Positions 11,921 through 24,100 of a stretch of 64,000 nt of DNA are shown one piece after another. The notes beneath the pieces were generated by a model. The model searched no databases, was not told where the DNA came from, and saw nothing but the letters and a program-made list of their open reading frames with translations. The number at the start of each line of letters is the position of its first letter. Positions within the stretch are counted from its first letter, which is position 1. The DNA is from Proteromonas lacertae (Eukaryota), in contig NGBS01000300.1 in assembly GCA_002245135.1 (NCBI GenBank), positions 62,001-126,000 on the forward strand, given 5' to 3'. Position numbers and translations under genes: made by a program.

Positions 11921-12050
11921 GAAAAACAATAAAAAAAGAAAAATTAAAAAGATCAAGCAAAATGTTTGAATTGAATATTTTATGTCCTTCCATACTCAAA
12001 CAAAATAAACACAATAAACATTACAAACAATAAATTAATTCTAAATCAAT

Positions 12051-12999
12051 CTATCCAAAATATGTTCCACTCAATGGATCATCACTTTCATCATCATCTT
12101 CTTTTTCTTCCTCCATTTTCTCATCTTTTAACTTACCAGGTAATTCAGAAGAATATCGGTTAGTATCAATATCAACCTTTTTCACTAAATATATATAATA
12201 ATTATTAAAATATAAAATACAAGGAGGATATATTTGTAAATTATTCACTTCAATTTTTTGTTCATTTTGTTGTTGTTGTGTATTTGAAAAATAATAAGTA
12301 TTCATTTGTTGCTTCTGCTGCTGTTGAATATTAATACGGTTTTCATTATTTCCATTTATATCTTCAATACATTCAATTTCAATTCTTTCATTCTCATTCG
12401 TTGGCTCTTCATCATATTGATTACTAGCATCTGTACCTTTCATTTCACTCATTATTTTCTGTATTTCATTGTTTTCTATAAATTTACAAAGTCTGTTTAA
12501 TATATATATTTCCATTCCTTCATATAATAAACCATTATATTGATTGTATAAAACATAAAATGGATGTGAAACTGAACCGATTATATCTTTTACTTTTCCT
12601 ATTATTTGATGATTATCGTTAAATAATAATGTATAAATTTCTACATATCTATTCATAATTAATATAATATTCACTATACGGTTGGTTTTCTACTGATTCA
12701 ATCACTATATCATCATCAACTATTTTGTATATTTTACCAACTTTCGTAAATACATCATCTGCACTTATTTCAATATCGGGAATTTCTGATAACAGAGGAT
12801 CTTCTGTAACTTCGTGCTCAGTTTCTATTTTCATATAATAAATAGGTTTTACAATACTTAATACTATTGGTTTATCAATATCTTCAATATCTGAATCATC
12901 CTTTTCATCATTTACAACAACTTTCTCTAATTCTGGTTCTTCATCGCTACTGTCACTTGTATCAGATATATCGCTTTCACTAATAAACACTGGTTTGTC
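12051..12999 (-). CDS. NAF1: H/ACA snoRNP assembly factor NAF1 (Gar1/Naf1 domain)
   Basis: ATG 12999 and three GTA...TAG introns. Acidic N-terminus, LKTEHEV, VGKIYKIVD, IGKVKDIIGSVSHPFYV and KGTDASNQYDEE. Confidence 0.85.
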
Positions 13000-13084
13000 T
13001 ACAAAAACAGATTCTTCTTTACTTTCTTCAGAAATAGAAAAATTAGTAGAGTTTGACATTTTGGCTTGACAGAAAAAAAATATA
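13000..13084. promoter_or_regulatory. Probable bidirectional promoter between NAF1 and EBP2
   Basis: 85 bp separate the divergent ATGs of two ribosome-biogenesis genes. Confidence 0.5.
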
Positions 13085-13846
13085 ATGTCTTCAAACGAAG
13101 AATCTGAAGATGAATTCGATAAAGAAGTGGAAGCAATGAAACGTTTAAAGGAAGAAAGAAACCCTAATAAAAGAAAATCAGAAAGAATAAACAATATTGA
13201 AGGACTTGAAACATGTCTTGAAGAAATAAAAGTAAAATTACCATGGCTAGAAACATTGAGAATATCACAAAGTATTGATGAAAGTGTATCAGCTGACGAT
13301 GACTTGAATAGAGAATTAGAGTTTTATAAAGCCACCATTGCAGGAGTAACTAAAGGAAGGTCAATTTTGGAGGAAATGAAAATTCCTTATCTTAGACCAA
13401 AGGATTATTTTGCAGAGATGGTAAAAACAGATATTCATATGGATCATATAAAACAAGCATTGGAATTTGAACAACACAAAATGGACGTAGTAGAACAAAG
13501 AAAAATAGATCAAATGCAACGAAAATTTGCAAAGAAAGCAAGACAAACAAAACAAGAAAAGAAAAAACAAACAAATTATATAAAAGAATATAAAGGAAAT
13601 TCAAAGGGTTTAGAAGAAGCATTAAATAAAGAAGATAATGTCACAAAGAAAGGAAAAGGTGAATTTAGTGTGGGAAAGAAAAATAGTAGTGGTAATCCAA
13701 AACCAAATAAAAGAAGACAAATGAAGAATAAAAAATATGGTGGAACTAAAAAGAGAGGTAGTAAATGGCAAACACAAGAAAGTGCTAATAATATATCATC
13801 CAAAGAATTTAGACGTGCACAGAAAAAACCAAGATTTCATAAATAG
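13085..13846 (+). CDS. EBP2: rRNA-processing protein EBP2
   Basis: Motifs LPWLETL, DDLNRELEFY, IPYLRPKDYFAEMVKTDIHM, and KRRQMKNKKYGG..KRGSK. Confidence 0.93.
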   Translation: MSSNEESEDEFDKEVEAMKRLKEERNPNKRKSERINNIEGLETCLEEIKVKLPWLETLRISQSIDESVSADDDLNRELEFYKATIAGVTKGRSILEEMKIPYLRPKDYFAEMVKTDIHMDHIKQALEFEQHKMDVVEQRKIDQMQRKFAKKARQTKQEKKKQTNYIKEYKGNSKGLEEALNKEDNVTKKGKGEFSVGKKNSSGNPKPNKRRQMKNKKYGGTKKRGSKWQTQESANNISSKEFRRAQKKPRFHK

Positions 13847-14009
13847 ATGTAAAATCCTTTCTATTTTTTCCTTATTGTTGTTTATTAATATGTTTTATTA
13901 TTATTGTGTATTGTATTACCTTATAAAAAATGATTTATACATAATTTAAATATATTAATCAAATACTGTTTATTCTTTATTATTATTATTATTATTATTA
14001 TTATCTAAT

Positions 14010-14670
14010 TTATACTGTTCCAGTTACATCATCAGGTTTTTTAACAGCTGTAAATAATTTGAATTCATTTGGTAATTCTTCTTCTGAATATAGACGATCT
14101 GAGAAGTAAATTCTTCGTATTCTGCAGTTGGCATGAATTTGTACACGTAAAGTTTCAATATAATTTGTACCATAGGCTCTACGTGTGAAATCAGAAAGAT
14201 TAAATTGAATTTGATTCCATCCATCATCTAATCTCATTGGCATTGTGCATATAAATGGTTTGACACGTGTGGTTGATTGATAGTTTGAGGCTCTGAATCT
14301 TCTTCTTACGTTTTTATCATCCAAAACTTGTACTTCAAAAGTAAAGTATTTTTTCATCTATTGAAAATAAATCATAAATATTAAATAATACATTTTTTAT
14401 AATCATTACTAAGAATGGCAATTTAATTCCCAATGTTTTGTTTGGATTTGCAGGACAAGTTATAAAACAAGTGCTAACATTTGTGCCACAAACCTCAAGT
14501 ACACTAGAATTGATATCTTGATCTGTAATTCTTTTGATATGGCCATTTCTTACTTGTTTGTCCCATATTTGCAATGGCTTGCTTCTATACATAGATTATG
14601 ATATTAACTATTTATACCCAATACTATATAAGATAGATAGAAAACCTGATTGATATTGATTCTTAAACAT
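14010..14670 (-). CDS. CFAP20: Cilia- and flagella-associated protein 20 (BUG22), 3 exons
   Basis: [39 protein letters not shown]...[27 protein letters not shown]...[22 protein letters not shown], with two GT-AG introns. Confidence 0.97.
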
Positions 14671-15137
14671 CTCTCTTCTTCTTTATTCTTACTATACAGG
14701 ATCTATAAAACATTAGAAATCACTCAGAATTATTTATAAGATATAAAGAATGTTATATCCTTCAATATACATTTTTTAAGTAAAATAAAAAACGGCTTGT
14801 AACAGCACTTTTTGAAACGGATAATTTTTCTATTTTTAAGAATGATTTTTTTTCTTATTAAGTATATATGTTGTTTGTAGTAGAATCGTGTATATTTGAA
14901 ATATACACTAAAGATGATTTAGGAAAGAAGATTTAAGACTAGTAAATCCAGATATTGTTAATCTTTATGAAGAGATTTTATATAAAATTGGTGAAATTAG
15001 ACATTTATCTCATTAAATTTCAATCTTAGAGACTTTATAGGTTGAATTACCAATTATTATAACAACATATTGGAAAGAAAATGTGCAAAGGAATATTACA
15101 ACCTTTTATTAATCCTTTGATATATTTTATCAAAATA

Positions 15138-18100
15138 TTAACTTCTAACTACATTTTCATCCAATTCTCTTATCATTTTTTCACTATTATAAACCTTTTT
15201 ACATATTTCTTTATATACCATTTCTCTTATCGTCTCAGATATAAATCTAAGTTTATCAGATTTAGTTACATCATTTTCATCTGTTTCATATATTATCATT
15301 CTTTCATATTCTCTCTGCAATAAGGAATATTTACTTATTCCTTTATTCATTTCCCTCTCCAGTTTATGATCAACTATATGTGATACTTCATATTCCATCT
15401 CTTTTTTATTATTTTTATCATAATTTCTTATTACACCTCCATAATATTCATAGTTATCTAAATATGATTTTATTATTTCTTTTAATTTGTCTTCACTAAT
15501 TCTTAATCCATTCGATATAGATTTATATTTTGTGAATACTTCGTAACTCTCTTTCAATTTTCCATAATACAATTTTATTATTTTTACTACTTCTTCTTTT
15601 GTAAATGGAGGTATATACATCAACAGTGGACATCTTTTACTCTGAAATGTTTTACATTTCTCATCACATGGATTAGCTAAAACTATAATCATTTTTGCAT
15701 CAGGGTAATCATCTTCACCTACAACAAACCCATCAACAATAACAATATATGGTTTTCTAAAGTTAACTTTTGGTGATTGGTCTTGTTGACTTTTGTATTC
15801 TAAATATAAATTAATCTGTCCTTTTACTTCTGCTTTAAGCTAATCCTTCAGAATATTAGCTAATACTGTTTTACCTATTTTAGCATGACCAAATATTAAA
15901 TAATTTCTTTGATATTTAAAATTAAAATTATCTTTACAAATAATATTCAACATATCATCAAAACATTTTCTCATTAAACATATTCCATAATTTCCTACAT
16001 ATACATCAAAATCTTCTTCTGTTATTGTTTTTGTTCCGCCTGTTACTATTGTTCCTCCTTCTATTGTTGTTGTTGGTATATCTGCTATTAGAATAGATTT
16101 ATATTCAATTATTTGTTGTTTGTATTCTATACCACAATACTTAAAATCTCCACATTTTATTTCACTATAATCCTATTTTATTATAAATACATAATATATA
16201 TTAATACTTTTATAGACTCTTCCATTTTCCCTCTATCCTCTTTTTTATTAATGCTTTCATTATTTAATAACACTTTTATAAAAACTCCATCAACTATTAA
16301 ATCAAAGTAATTATTTTCATCCAATATAAAATAAACAAGATTCAATGATTCTTTATGATAATATAATGATACTCCTTTTTCACAACTTAATCTGAAATTA
16401 GGATTTTCAAAAGAATTTTCTTTTTGACTTAATTCATATGCTATGATTTGTTTTAATGTATTTCTTTTCGTAGTTTCATCAAATGAAGAACCATATTTCA
16501 TTACTAAAATATCATATTCATTTTTACATTTTGGTGGATAGAATTTACAATCAATATAATTCTTAACTGAATTGGAAATATATATTAATTTTTCTTGTGG
16601 TTTTAATATTTTATATCCTAAATCATTATCTGTTTCTAGTTGTAAATCATATTTCAATATAAGATTGGATAATGGACTATCATGTAAATTATTTTTATAT
16701 TCATATTGTATTTTAAAATTATTATAACCAATAGAGCCTATCACTCCTTCGATCAACTGTATATAATAATTCCAATAATCTCTGTTTTCATAGTTTCTTT
16801 TATACAAATAATGATAATAAATTAGTCGAGGATTATTTCCATATCTTTTACATACTTTCTCAAATTCACCATCTTTATCAAAGCCAATACAGTTTACAAA
16901 CCACTCATTAATATCATAAAAAGTTAAAGAATCAAAATATAATTCTTTGCATAGAATTTCTTGCATACTGTATTTATCATAGTTATGACTATCAGGTGAA
17001 CTTATTGAAATGATTTTGTTACCACTTCCAAATTCTTCATTTAAAGTATCAACTATTATTAGCGAATCATTAATATCTTTTAATGGAATTTTAATTTTAA
17101 ATATAACACCATCCTTTAATAAATAAATTTTCTTTTGATCAGGACTTCCATTTCTCTTTCCTTTTATTACATAAACATCTTTAAAATTTGGAAATTCGAT
17201 AACATTGTATAGAAATTCGTATAGAAATGTAGTTTCTTTTGTTAGATTATCGATCTTTTCGTTTATTCTCATTATTTCTAATGATTTTTCATAAGCAGAT
17301 TTGTTTTTATTTTCTTTTCTCAATTCATTTATCCTTACAATATTATTATGTATAATACCATTCATTATTTCTTTTTCTTTCCTTATTTCTTCTTTCTTTA
17401 AATAAAACTTCAAAAAGTATAATAAAACATATATAAACGATGTTTTGCCAATACCTGGTTGACCAGTAACTACTATATTAGATTTATTTACTTCAGGTGA
17501 AAAACATTTACAAATGTTTTTAAACATTTCATAATAACATATTCTAATGTAAATTCTATTCTTTGGAAACTGGAAAACATTTTCATTTACATCATCTGAG
17601 ATTGCAAATTCTAAATATTTCACATCATCTATACTTTTAATACTCAAACCATTCACTACTTCCACAAAACTATCTGGTGAATCAAACAAGTTTGAATCAT
17701 CATGAAAATATTTCAATAATACTAATAATTCAAATATATTTTTACTCTTATCTACATATTCATGTTGTTTTCCTTCAAATATAAATGTAGAGTTAATATT
17801 TTTCTTTATATTGTCAATATCATAAGGTTTGTTGGTTTTTATTAAATATAATAGATATTCAATCATGTAATATTTATTATAATTATAAATTCCATATATT
17901 GTATTTGGTATTTCTATTCCATTTATAATTACTTTATCACCATCAACATTTACTTCATAATCCTTTAATTCATAGTTGTCGTATAATTCATAACCTAATT
18001 TTCCTTTATAATATTCTGTTAATATAACTGAACTATATTTATTACCAACACTAATATATGGATATATTGATGAAGGTAAATTAGTTGATATTAGTTCTGC

Positions 18101-19025
18101 AGTACCATTTTCTTGTTTTATATACATTCTCTTGTTGATCATATCAAATATCACTTCATATTTTCCTTCTACTTTATCACCAATATTGGCTATTGGTGCT
18201 GAAAGATTGTTTCCAATCTTCAGAGATGAACCTTCTAATAATTTGATGTATGGATATATCTCATATGATGAATATGCATTTTCACAATAGCCAAAACTAA
18301 TACCTTTACTACCAATACGTAATATTTCATAATAGAAATGATAAATTCCATCACTCATTTCTTCATTTATCATATTTTTACCTTCAAACACTTCATTACA
18401 TACAACATATTCAATTTTATCACCAACTACTTTTTTATTTCTATATAAATCATCTATTTTTATGATGAGAGTAACAACATTATTTTTGTCTTTCTCTATA
18501 TATGTAATTCGATATCTTTGTATCATAAAGGGTGGTACATACCAACAATTACCAAATTCATATTCACTATCATTTTGTCTTATTATATATGGATAAATTG
18601 GAGTTGCTAAGCCATCTAACACTTTCATTTTTATTCCATTTCCATATCTAATATACATTGTCTTTAAATTCATATCATAAATTAATTCGTATTCAGCACC
18701 TTCTTCGGCTTTAATACCAGAAATAGTCTCTCCTTCCATTATCTTTATCAAACACCTCAGCTGAATCAGTTTTTAACTTGATATAACCACAACTATCTTG
18801 TGAAGCAAAATAATAATATCCAAAACAAAAAAAGTGATTCAATTTCGTTATTTTGACTGTGAAATGATATACTCCTTCTTTCATACACAAATTAAAGTAG
18901 TAACAATTTTTGTTTTCTACATTCTTAGTTATATTATACAAGGATCTTTCATATCCTGGTGTATTAGTTAGCAAAGTTTCCTCATGTTTTCTTTTCATTT
19001 TTACAACGTCTATATATACATCCAT
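15138..19025 (-). pseudogene. Two SPRY-like repeats plus two Crinkler/RHS-type P-loop NTPase domains; contains a +1 frame break and an in-frame TAG (pseudogene or recoded)
   Basis: ORFs 18711-19025, 16181-18751 and 15138-15692 link via a +1 shift (~18735), intron 16173-16207 and a TAG at 15840-15842. Walker A motifs VTGQPGIGKT and IFGHAKIGKT; downstream YIVIVDG, YIPPFTKEE and YGGVIR. Confidence 0.65.
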
Positions 19026-21121
19026 TTTCTAAATCTGAACTGTATATATTCCAATACTTCCAAATTGTTAATAATAACGGCTTAAAATAAACTAATAGCT
19101 GAGATAAATGTAATTATAATTTGAATGAATAGCCAATCAAATCTCTTAAAATTAACCAATCAAAAGTAATTTTTATGCATTTCGCTTTTCTTGTGATATG
19201 TAATGAGATGATGGTTAATATTTTGTAGATTGGTTTATATTTACATGTTATAATTATTTTCTGTATTAAAGATACATACATTTTAAATATACATTCCTCC
19301 ACATTACACTCATTTTAGTGCTGTGAATGAGTTGAAATCATTTGTACTGCCTATTGAAATTGTTATATAATACATATACTGCAACATTCTACTAACAGCT
19401 GTATTTATTCTATATGTTTGATTTCAAATACTATTTTTCATATATATAGTTCATTTGATCTTCATTTAATCTAAATCTAGATAGCATTATTCTTTTTATT
19501 GGGGTAATATCAGTGTTTGGTGCATTAGCCTTTATTAATGATAATTCAGTCATCCAGTAACTGTACTTATTCTATTATAATCTATATAATCATCAATTTA
19601 TCAATTCTTGTATTTCTATATCACTATAAGAAAGTTTGATATGTCTGGCTTAGAAAGCATGTAAATTCTGTTCAAGGTGATAAATTAAATATTAGCTATT
19701 AATGTACAGTTGCTTTACTTGATAGACTATTTAATATAACTGTATTTTAAAAATAGAGTTCAAGCCTCTTTCAAGCCTACTTTTTCAATTTTAATATTAA
19801 GTTACAAATATTTAACATATAGTAGATTATCAGACAATACGATATACAGCCAACGTAACTATTTTGAAAAACTAAGTGTATATTTGTTATATTTAGAGGC
19901 TTAAGGTTACGTTTATAAATTTAACGTAATCTAAAGCCCTTTTATCTCTAAACGGCTTACAACAAAAATCTTTATATTTACCATCTTCAAATATCTTATT
20001 AATTTTTGGATTTAATTTGTTCTATTTATGTTTTAACCATCTTCAGTTTCATCAGCTGCAATTACTTCAACAAGTTTATATTATTTTTTATGTTACGTAG
20101 TTTATAACTAAGTAAATTAATTGATTTTATTGAGGAAGAAGGAGATAATTGTATTCAATCATAGCTGATTTGGATTGGAAAATGGATAAAATCTGTGTTT
20201 TGATCATTATCCTTTAATTTAATATAATTTTCAGAACTTTAAATTGACTTATATTTTTTAAAGATTCTTCAATACCAATATAATATTTCTTTTATCTTTC
20301 TTTAAATTAATATTTATTTTCACATATTCTTTTAAGGATTTGAGTGATGTTTTGATCTATAAATTTTTAATTGTATTTATAGTATTATTCTTTTTTAAGA
20401 ATTTACTAACTTTTAACTCTGATATGCCATTCTCCAGAATAATTGGAGAAAGTACATTATTAAATCATCTCTATCTCGATTAATATCATTTTCTTCACCA
20501 TTACCATAATTACCATATTCACCTTCACTATTATCTTCTATACTATTATATATTACTACTGTACTATAATTACAGTTAATAGGAATCTTCTGATTGTTTT
20601 CTATTACTACAATATAATTGTTACTACTTTCGTAGATTATATTAATATTGAAAAAGTCTACTATAATGTATTTTGATTAATTTATAATCCAAATCCTGTT
20701 ATTCTTACTATTGCTTTTCTGCAAATACTTTTAGACATTTCTCTAATGTCATTTATTCTTCTAGTCATTTCATGATGGGTTGATCTAGACAAAAATAAGA
20801 TGTTATTATGTATTGTTTAATAAAGTATGTCCTTCCAAGATTTTACATTTTTTACTATTATAAAATCAATTGGTTAATACATTTTAAGAGTAATTAGCCT
20901 CTCTATGAAACTAAAATCATAAATTCATCTTTACAGTATAAGTGCTTTGGTTTTTATCATTTTATCCTAGTTACACCCAAATAATTTACAAAGTATGTAT
21001 TGTGTAGTTTACAAATAGCACATGAAGGCATTATCAAAATGAATTGTACTGTAAATTTAATCACACAAAAAACAAATAATAAGTATTAGGTATAAATTTT
21101 TAAAATAGAATAATAATAATC

Positions 21122-24100
21122 TTATACTTCAACTAGTTTGTCTTGTTTTGTATCTGTATTAGTTTCTGTTTCATATTCTGTTTCTTTAATCTCATCTTCA
21201 GATGTTGTTGTTGTGGTGGTGGTTGCAGTTGTTGTTGTTGTGGTTGTAGTTGTATCTACATCTATTGTAGTTGTAGCTGTTGTTTCAGGAGGATTTACTG
21301 TGATTTCACTATCAGTTGTTTGATCATCACTTCCTTCATACTTCACATTCAACACAATCTCACTTCCATCGCAAACGTTCTCACTATTTGCATATTTACT
21401 ACAATATCCATCGATTCCATTTATATTTTCACTCTTTACTCTGAAATACCACACACCTATACCACCAACATCAAATTTCATCTTCAATGCAGTAAATGAG
21501 TTATAAGTTGAAGGAATATTATATTTATAAGTATAATAACTATTAAAGTGTTTATCCTTTGTATATTCTACATAATAGGATGTAATTGCACTTCCTCCAT
21601 TCGCTATTTGTGTACCAATTGACATTATATTGTATGGACATATTTTAGCTTCTCTTTTACCAGAACACCATAAACCATGTGATGGAACATAGGGTGGTAA
21701 TATTTTCATTTCAATTGTTAAATTCTTATTTTCTACTTGCAATACTAATGGTAAACCTGGTGATTCTATTTATAAAAATATATATAAATAATAAATATAA
21801 TTAAAATATACGTTTTGTAGGAATAATTGGTTCTTTCACTTCATAATAACCACTTTCTCCATAGACATTCTTTGATTTTACTCTTAAATAATACTTTTCA
21901 TTTTCTTCTAAATCTACAATTGTATAATATTCTGTTATATCTAAAACCATTTCAGCAGAATCATAATTCTCAAAATCATTATCTTTTGACCATTCAATTA
22001 TATAGGAAGTAACCTTTGATATTTCATAACTTATTGGTTGAATGGTAATTGATTTATGTGATGTTATACCAATATTGATAAACTTTGGTGGATAAGGAAT
22101 ATCTATAAAAAATAATAAATATAAAAAATACTTGTTGCTTCTGTATCTTCAATTATTTCTCCAATTTCACTCCATCCCATTTCATTATAACAAATTGTTC
22201 GAATATAATAAATTACATTCTCTTTCAATCCTTCTAATATGTAACTAGCTACATTCAATGCTTCTCTCAGATTTCTACTCTTTACATTTCCATTTTCATC
22301 TAAGATATCCTCTGGTAAAACAATTACATATTCAGCATAAAACATTCTTCCATTTACTTTTCTTCCTTCTAATTTATTAGTTTCAAAATCAGGTTGTGAA
22401 TCTACTTCAATCACATAATTAGTTATTCTTCTATCTAAAACAATCTCTATTTCTATTGAAGTAGGAGTTATCTGTATAATTGAAGGAGCATTGTTATTCT
22501 CTGGTAAGTAAGTTGGTTTTTTACTTTCTTCAGTGTATATATATTCACTATAACCACCATTATTGTATGTTCTAACTCTGGCAAAATAGGAATACATCGA
22601 ATCAACATTCTTTACTGTTATTGGTAAATTATAACATTGTGTAAACTTATAGACTGGATATTTCATCAATGGATATATCACCACATTCTTTGAATCTGTC
22701 TTTATATTTTGGATTATTATATCATCAATATCTTTAAATGTAATATAATATCTTCTAACAGTTGTATCATCTCCTGGTACAAATTTATTCACTTCAATAT
22801 TACTAAAGATTGGTAAACTTGTTTCTTCATTGGATATATCTAATAATATTGATTGTAAACTACCACTAGGTGATCTTAATGGATTATATATATCTAAATC
22901 ATTAATATTTTCATCTTTCATTTCAGCTACACAATCCATGTAAATATCATTACTTACATAACTTTCAATTATATGTGTTGTTCCTATATGTGATACTTCT
23001 ATTTCAACATTATATATTATATCACTAACATTATTGTAAGGATAAGTATCAAATACCCATACTGAATATGATTCACTATTACTACATCTAATCTTGTTAT
23101 CTTTAACAGTAGTGGTAATTCCATTGACATCTTTAATTTCATATTCTACTGTTTCTATTTTTGTAAATTCTTTATTTTGGCTCAATTCTAATTCATACCA
23201 AAGTACAGCTTCTTCTTCATTTCTTATTTCTACTTCTGGCTCTAAATATGATATTCTAAGGGTATTTGAAATGGGAATATTTTCTAAATATGTAATATTT
23301 GATGGTTTTGTTGTAGGTTTTATTGGTATTGATATATAATTTGGTGGATCTGAATATTCAGTAACATTATCATAATAATTCATATTAATTTGTATTATAT
23401 ATGCATGACCAGGATTAATTACAGTTGAGTAATAATTAGTTGATGGTTTTGGATCATAATCAAATTCTACCAAGTTATAATTGGATGGATAGCTTCCTGG
23501 TAAAGCTTCATCACATTCATTATCTAAATTATAAGAATCATAAGTACCATCACAGTTTATTGGTTGTTGTTTAAGATATACATTTGTTAGTGAATATACA
23601 TATTCAATATAGATTGGTGGAATATTATCATAAGTTGATATAAACTCAATTGATATTTTACATTTTTCTTCATTATCATTTCTGCTCATTATATTTACTT
23701 TCACAGTTCCAAAATTTAATCTTTCATAAGATGATTTAATCTGTTCTACTAATTCACTACTACTACATTTATGATTATAATTGTCTATATAACTTCCATA
23801 TATCTTATTATCATCTTTATCTAATACATATGGTATAAAACTATCAATATTGTTATGTATAATAATAATCTGTTTTTCATGTTGACCTAATGGTTTAGAA
23901 CCATAATGAATATTCTTAAATATCACATTATATGGATTATATTTCACTAATGTTGGACTATCGATGTATCTTACAGCTTCAGGTTGAATAATCTCCACAT
24001 TTCTCATAAATGTAATATTTGGATAGATTATATCATAGATAATGTAATGATTTGATTGTTTCTTTGTTATTTCACAGTTTATATGAATTGCATTGATGAT

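Noticed and set aside
1..21122. Blastocystis-style stop codons created by polyadenylation
   Set aside because: All complete genes have genomic stops. TGTTT-rich tracts follow some genes, but no case requires the mechanism.
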